A stretch of 64,000 bases of DNA from Bigelowiella natans CCMP2755. Taxonomy: Eukaryota > Protista > Cercozoa. Positions 56,565 to 64,000 of the stretch are shown here, one piece after another. The stretch's first letter is position 1. Every line of letters starts with the position of its first letter. The notes beneath the pieces are model-generated. The model was not told the DNA's origin. It saw nothing but the letters and a program-made list of their open reading frames with translations, and did not search any database. The stretch covers positions 61,536 through 125,535 of the forward strand of contig ADNK01002059.1 of NCBI GenBank assembly GCA_000320545.1, written 5' to 3'. The position numbers were made by a program, and so were the translations under genes.

Positions 56565-56725
56565 GCTTTGCATAGCTGCATTATTAGGATGACAGTGCAA
56601 GAGCCATGGTGAGAACCCTGCACACCATGGCTGCTAGTATACACGGAGGCTCTTACGACATGTCATACAACTTTGCCTGTGATCTGTTGAAAAGGCATTT
56701 GATCATTGCCATTGCATCCGTCTCA
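56565..56725 (+). repeat. Dispersed repeat copy B, interrupted by a ~90-bp hairpin-forming insert
   Basis: gctttgcatagctgcattattaggatgac[insert]tgttgaaaaggcatttgatcattgccattgcatccgtctca. Confidence 0.7.
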
Positions 56726-56913
56726 TACATGCATGGCTAGATGGCCACATCGGCGCCATGTGCTGTGTTTTTCATTCGCAACATTGTGTGATCGACATGT
56801 GAGACGCATTCGCACGCTCGCTAAAGCCCCAACAGTCGTAAGCGCTGGTAATCAGTGTCATTGCAAACTCCATTATGCCAGATCGAATATACAATAGACA
56901 CAGTATGAACATA

Positions 56914-56953
<40 letters not shown>

Positions 56954-56981
56954 TGTATTTATGTGTGTACATGTAGCCGAT

Positions 56982-57042
56982 GCTCATAGCTACATTAGGA
57001 TGACCATTGAAAAAATTTAAACATTTCCTTACATCCGTCTCA
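56982..57042 (+). repeat. Dispersed repeat copy C
   Basis: gctcatagctacattaggatgaccattgaaaaaatttaaacatttccttacatccgtctca. Confidence 0.8.
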
Positions 57043-57130
57043 TATGTGCATGTGTATATATATGTCTTTAGTATCTAGTCTCGATTCATACTCTGCGCTG
57101 ACGTGTTTTTGAACGTTATCATTCTCACGC

Positions 57131-58499
57131 TCAAAGGTCAATATATAGTGCGTAGATAGTGAGGCCTGTGAGCCAACTTCCTGCGACAAGCGCTGCGAAC
57201 TGAAGCCAGGCTCTGTACACGGCTTCTTCGAAAATATTGACGTATTTCTTCCTGTTACTCGTAACCTGGTCGGTTATTATTTTGAGCACGCAATAGCACC
57301 GCATAGAACCATGAGAATATGATGTTCGTTTCATTTGTTACTAATACACGTATTTTGCTTGCGTGCGTGTGTGTGTGTGTGTGTGCGTGTGTGTGTGTGT
57401 GTGTGCGTGTGTGTGTAGATGTGTGGCATGACCAATGTGCTTTGTGTGGAGATATGTGTGGTATTTGGTACTCCACGGAAGAAGACAGAAGACATAAGAC
57501 AGAACACCAGAGTGAATTGAAAAACGTGTTTTCTCGGATTCGTAGTGTATTTTTACAACATCCTGGGAATCCCGTGAAGAAGACTCAGTCGGCCGAGACG
57601 AATCAGCTGCTGATCCACCACCGAGGTGGGAGGGGGGGCACATTATCGAACGACATAGATGATGAGAGTCAATGACAGGATAAAGACGTTTATTTATACC
57701 TCTATTCTTCGATATTCTGCCTTGTTTCATTTCTACTGCCGGCCCATCGGATTGAGCAGTAGTAGTGCGTTTCGTTTTGCCTCCGGAGATGTCATCATCA
57801 TCAGCAAAGCTGCCCTTTCTGCAGAGCAGCGACGGCGACGATGCAGGAGCGGCTGCTGGGACAACGCAACATGAGGGAGACACAGTTATTTTAGAAAATA
57901 CATACACGAGATGTTCATTAACTGTTTTTCTATTTGATTTGTTGTTGCAGATAATGGCGGAACATGCACGGGTTTTTACCTATTGAATGCTCGTGTTCAT
58001 GGCTTTTTTGTCTTAGCAGTAGCCGTAGTGCTCCGCTCGAGTCAGTAGAAGAAGCGTCATCGTTTACCACGATTCCTTCAAATATATCGGGGACTGATCG
58101 AAAATATCTGCCACAGAAAGGGTTAAGGAAATGAAAAATGTAGACAACAGTATTAGTCATGGATACAGATAACATCGGTGAAAGAAGCGAGTGTGGAGCT
58201 GCAGCGTATATTCGAGTGGTGATGACTCAACTGTGCTGCGTCTTGATAACCGCTCTCATACATGCCCTTGAGACCACCACAAACACACAAACACGCAAAC
58301 ACACACAAACACACAAGCAACTCATTATCAGAAATTTGGTGAAATTGCTCGATTTCAAAGATTTAAGAAATTCCCCTCGTCATTATTCATTTCCCTTGTT
58401 TTTTGTCAATTGAAAGGTAAAGCGTGTCGCCGAGTAGTCGCTATGTGTGCGGCGTAATGGTAAGCGGACGGGGGTTTCAGCGCGGAACTCAGCGAGCAA

Positions 58500-58535
<36 letters not shown>

Positions 58536-58613
58536 TTTCTTCATACCCTGAGAACGTCCTTCTTTGGAGGAAACACCATCCACCACAACGGCATTGGAAT
58601 ACCTTATAGTAGT

Positions 58614-58653
<40 letters not shown>

Positions 58654-58678
58654 CGTAGCAGCAGCAGCGGTAAATACA

Positions 58679-58716
<38 letters not shown>

Positions 58717-59159
58717 TATTGACTCATACTGCTGGCAAATAAAACACCCAAAATAGACGGACTGCATCTTGACAACGATTGGCTTTGAACAACAGAAGTT
58801 GTAGAGCAATATATATCCTTGTTGAATAAGTGCTCGCTTCTTCTTCTTCTACTACTACAGGTACTACGTGGCTTTATCTGAGCTCCAGGAGTCCCTATTG
58901 CACTTGACTTGATAACCTTGCAGATGTGTGCGGTTTGTGCGCAAACAGCAAGATAAATGAATCATTTCTGCTACCTTTCTTATCACCATCATCATCATCA
59001 TTGACATCGTTAATATCATCGTCATCATCATCATCATTTGTGATACATACAAACACCTTGTCTGCTCTATGAAATTGCCTCCAAGGTACGAAAAATGATG
59101 GCCAAAAAAAGCCATCGTAGTAGTAGCTGTGTGTGTTGTCGCAGAGGAATCATTTCGAC

Positions 59160-59200
<41 letters not shown>

Positions 59201-59559
59201 CCCCCCCCCCCCACCCCAAACACACACACACACACACACACACACGCATAGAATGAGAACGAAAGAGGAAGAGAGAGAGAGGGCAGTAATTAATTGAGTA
59301 AAACTTCTGAGAAGTAATCAATGCCCATCTTCCTTCATCATCATCGTCATCATCATCACAGTCATCATTTTCATACCTTTCACGTGCTTTATACGGACAG
59401 ACTCCTCCCTATCATCAAAATATATTTATATTAATATGGATATTGACCAAAATTGCATCGCGTAACTTCCATAATGCAACAAACAGATAGTAAGTCAAGC
59501 ATAGTAAGTCAAGCAATGGAAGAACACCCAGCGCCGCCATTCCCCTGCGATGATGTATA

Positions 59560-59590
<31 letters not shown>

Positions 59591-60990
59591 GCTACTACAC
59601 TACTCCTCGCCTTTATGACCCTGACCTCCTTCTATCTCAGCCATACAACCACACATACATGGATGATATTATCACCATCATATATCAGTCAATACCAACC
59701 AGTAGCGGAACGTGACAGGAAGCTCGCAACATAGCCATTGCATCATCAGCAGTCTTAAACTCGCTGACAGCCTCTCCTAAGGGCCAAAACATATACGGAG
59801 TCATTCACACTATCCGGTAGGAGAAGGGAATAGAACAACTGCACGATGCAGACGAAATGAGGAGGAGGAGGAGGCTGTATGCATAACGCGGAGAGTTGAG
59901 AGAAGCGTATTATCGGTCATTGTGCATGAGGAAGAAGACGAAGGCTTGAATGGTGCAATATGATCATCAATCAATCACATCTACCACCACCTTTGAAGAA
60001 AGGAGGACTACGTTGTACACGGGTCACAAGAACAGATAAGCGGCCAGACAACTCATCCTCGATTCCTTGCCTATATATAGGTATCTCATTTGTAATTCCG
60101 ATTTCCTCCCTCCTATTTCCCCAATCGTTCTGTGTGCGCGCGCGCGCGCGTGCGTGTGTGTGTGTGTGTGTGCGTGTGCGTGCGTGTGTGCGTGTGTGCT
60201 TTGAGCTCCTCTACTTTTTGAATATCTGCATAGCTTCTTCCGCGCACGGCAGCATCTGATGATAATAATACCGCAACAAAGATCTCACGACGACGATGAC
60301 AACTATGACAACTATAAATCCTTGCAGAAAGAGAAGAATAGCAGCGAGTTCCATTGTGTGCAGTCATCAGGCCATATCCTGATCGATCGAAGCGCATTAT
60401 TGTATTATCAATAGACCTTCCATGGATTGTACTCGCATTTCGGGCTGGCAAGAGATGACGTGGTCAGCGATTTCTTTCACCTAGCATCATCAGGGTATGT
60501 GTGTTTGTGTGTGTTTACATTGGCTGCTTGTTTTGGTGATGGCGACGAGAGACACATCATCATCCATACATTGTATCCGTGTACTACAGCTGCGACTATC
60601 TATCGCTACCACTACAACACTGCTGCTGCTTGCTTTACCTCAAAATTAGCAGCCAATGTAGCACCAACTAAAGCTCCTCCACTAGCACCTGCAGGTGGTC
60701 ATTTCAATCAATGAGATGTTCTGCTGTTTGCCCAATATGATCAATGATCAACCCCCCCCCCCCCTTTTTTTTTAGTGTATCGTCACGCTATTCTCTGCGT
60801 ATTCTCCTCAATCTTGGTATGTACGATGTTTGAACAGCTGTTGTGTAGGAATATGTGGTGGCACTACTACTACCGCTAAATCCCATCTGATCAAGCTCCA
60901 AAACGGGGAACACGTGCTCTTGAAGATACCTAGTTTTTGCGTGTTTATGCTTGTAAGACACAACTTTCTCGAAGTGAAGTATAGTAGGAG

Positions 60991-61043
<53 letters not shown>

Positions 61044-61299
61044 TGTAAAACTAAAGTTTATATGTTGCCTTTTGCCACTTCTTCACTTCATTTTTCTGGT
61101 TTCTTTTCATCTTTTTTTGATGGATTGAAGGGAAATAATTTTTGCTATCATCATAATCATCATCATCAGCATCTTCTTCTTCTTCCTCTTGATTACTTTG
61201 CAACCCCAAAGTGGTAAAGATAGAACCACCCTAATTCATCGTAGTAGAAATAACAACGGTTAGCTTGGTGAGAGCTTTGGCTTTTCAGAATCATGATGT

Positions 61300-61345
<46 letters not shown>

Positions 61346-63923
61346 GGAACCGCTTGAATCAAAGGAGAAGACCATTCGCCTTCGCCTTTTGCCCCTCCTA
61401 CTTATAAAATCAAATTGACTTCAAAACATCTGAAATTACATCCACGTAGAAGATACGTAATCGCCACCATTCTCTACATATCATTGTTATCATTTGCAAC
61501 GTGTTTTTTGAGTGCGGTACTTGCTGCTGTCCTGGCTGCTTCTCCTCCTCCTGTGGTAAGAAGATAACGGAGAGGGCGGGAGGGGGAGGCGTATCTTATA
61601 ATACTCCGTAGTGGCAATTGCAAATCACCAAGAAATGCACGCTGAAAAGAAGAAACGATGCTGATATATACGACATCATGTATATCTTATAATACTCCGT
61701 AGTGGCAATTGCAAATCACCAAGAAATGCATGCTGAAAAGAAGAAACGATGCTGATATATACGACATCATTATCATTATCACCACCATCATTATCATCGT
61801 CATTATAATTATCATAATTATCATTCTCAACCCATGCTTGATGATCTCCTTGTGGTGAAAATCGGTGAATAGCAGCAGCAAGGATCCCATCACGGCAAAC
61901 TGAAGAAGAAGAAGAAGAAGAAGAAGAAGAAGAAGAAGAAGAAGACAACTCACTCATCATGTAATAAATCCAATCAACGGACGAGGAAGCTGTCACGTTC
62001 TGTCCAATTAAATCCAGGAGTATATACGCGCCTCACCTGCGCTACAGACATCCCAGCAGGTTGCGTGGCAAACACCAACGATAGCAGCGCATGTACCATC
62101 AACAGTGCGAAGCTGATCTGCAAGAGGACAAGCAGGGGGAGGGGGGGGGGTCAGCTCACTTTAGCAAAGGGCAAGAACTCACTCATGATATCGAGAGGTG
62201 TGCTGGCGGAGTCGCTTGACTGACTTACATAGTTACTTACCATGTGAAGCTCAGTGATTCTAGGCTTCCATCCCGCATGGCCTTTCACTAAGAGAGAGAG
62301 GAGGAGATCGAAGTAAAGTACTCGCAGCAAATCTGTAGTAACGAAGGTGCAATCGCTATCGTAGCATCTCTCCCCCCATCCCACCCCCCTTAAATCCACA
62401 CGTTGCAAATGGACATTGTATAACAGACCTCCCAAGAGGCCAAGGGTATAGTAAAAATACGTAAGCACTTGCGCCGTCGAGATCATTGCTCCCTGTAGTA
62501 GTAGTAGTAGTAGTAGCAGCAGCACACCGATTGGTGAAGAAGGACACGATGAGAAATTGTCAAGGATAAAGGCAATGATTTGCGGGCATGAATGTGAAGG
62601 AGAGATGAAAGGATAAGCAGTAGAAGAAGAAGAAGAGGACGAAGACGACGACGAAGAAGAAGAAGAAGAAGAGAGCGTTGTTCTCCTTCTCCTCCTCCTT
62701 CTCCTCCTCCTACCCCGATGTATGCATCTCCTGATGCACAGCCGCACTTTAAGATGAGAAACCAGCACCAAATCAGCAAGATACGCTGATGATAGTAAAA
62801 AAGACACACCATCCCCCGTCATCACAATCATTACTTTCTTCTTCATCATCACACAGTCGTCACTATCATTTCTATATTCCTCCTCCCCAACTGAAAATGC
62901 TACTCCTTGAACGCGCACCACCACCACCTTGAAGCAATGTAGGAACGTCAGTTGCACGCTTTTCTTGCGAACGACAATGAAGGCTGTATCTGGATGGAGA
63001 TAATATCATCAGCCTCCAGAGATTAACGCACATGAGTGCGTATTCTTACACCATCCCCATAATTGCTATCATCATCATCATCATCATCATCATTATGATC
63101 GCATCACAACAACCTCCCCCCCCCTCCCCACTAATACCGCTATCACTACCGAGAAAGTCGACGTATTGATTGTAATACAACATCCAAATGAGCAAAACAA
63201 CAGGGAATCGATCCGGTTGAGCAACCGACTCTCCCTCGACTTGTCCTCTCTCAGAGGAAGTGAAGGGATTTCCATAGAGCATCATGCCAGCTTTAGAAGC
63301 CTTTTGATCATATGATGATGTTGATGATGTTGATGAAGATGATGATGATGATGATGATGATGGAGCTTCTCACGATCGTTAAGAAACCAACAATAAGCAA
63401 GAGGATTGCAGTATATTCGCATCATGGCCATCAATGATCATCATCTGTTTGAGTACCTCGTTGAGAATAGAAACAGCGAGATAGAAGTGGGATAAGGTCT
63501 GGTACACATTGTGCACGAGCATGGCCTCCCGGACCTTTGGAAGGGAAAATGGGGGGGGGGGGGGGGGGGGGGGGGAAAAGGGCGAAGACAAAGGCTATAT
63601 TTGGCATGGCAAATCCCGCATCCGCTGTAGTCTTGCATTTCTCATAGAAATCTTGGGTGCGGCTGTGATCGTTGTATGCATACGTATACTTGAAGTCTTG
63701 CCAACCCTTTTGGGCAGTTGTCTATGCATTGAACGTCATAACGAAAGTCCAAAAGTCCAAATTGAACCAACACCTGATACTTTGTGGATCCTTGGGAGTG
63801 CTGTTGCTTTCCCACAGCCCATGGCACATGGTTTCCTCCTTGCGAGAGGAGGTAGAGGACTGCTCCCCCAATGGATAAAGTCATTGCAAGATTATTTGCG
63901 TACGTAGTCATCTCTTTCCTAAC
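57131..63923 (-). CDS. Fusion of a degenerate GNS1/SUR4 (ELO) elongase-like domain with a patatin/PNPLA lipase and a C-terminal TM anchor (multi-exon; 5' end may lie outside the window)
   Basis: ELO-like motifs: LVHNVYQTLS, YYNQYVDFL|DTAFIVVRKKSVQLTFLH, GDAYIG, VLTYFYY, WKPRITELHM, LLLFTDF. Patatin motifs: FSFDSSG|WFYLYHFGVAK, GFSG|ASGG, LRASCHVP, YYDGF, MYESGYQDA. Terminal TM WLQFAALVAGSWLTGLTIYALY. Confidence 0.8.
61591..61769. repeat. Intronic ~90-bp near-perfect tandem duplication
   Basis: tatcttataatactccgtagtggcaattgcaaatcaccaagaaatgcaYgctgaaaagaagaaacgatgctgatatatacgacatcat occurs twice. Confidence 0.9.
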
Positions 63924-64000
63924 CTTACAGGGGATAATGAAAATCAGATGCATGTTTCTCAATGGAATATTGCATCTATTATAGAAAACTGTCCAAAACA

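Noticed and set aside
60417-60480. Apparent +1 frameshift in a 64-nt patatin exon
   Set aside because: An alternative AAG acceptor 7 nt downstream restores the frame, and a one-base assembly error is also possible. It cannot be called a pseudogene or recoding site without reads.

Overview
Eukaryotic nuclear DNA from an intron-rich protist. Short GT-AG introns filled with microsatellites and a signal-peptide plus Ser-rich presequence on one gene are compatible with a secondary-plastid alga such as a chlorarachniophyte (inference only). I reconstructed nine spliced genes by hand: an N-acylated 5x EF-hand-pair/ankyrin protein, a polycystin-1-like REJ/GAIN-GPS receptor, a PhyH-family dioxygenase, a P5CR/F420-oxidoreductase-like protein, ALG6, an ankyrin plus alpha/beta-hydrolase, a GH78 alpha-L-rhamnosidase, a ~3300 aa secreted membrane protein with a degenerate ComEC-type MBL domain, and a fusion of a degenerate ELO elongase with a patatin lipase. 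The most striking signal is non-coding. Intergenic islands at about 10.2-11.6 kb and 20.6-22.4 kb have lost almost all TpA dinucleotides, and CTAG is the commonest survivor. Copies of a small dispersed repeat differ by TA>TG and TA>CA changes. This points to a targeted TpA-to-TpG/CpA hypermutation process, RIP-like in effect but adenine-directed, that spares genes and divergent promoters. Exon boundaries are hand-derived and approximate. All counts are hand counts.
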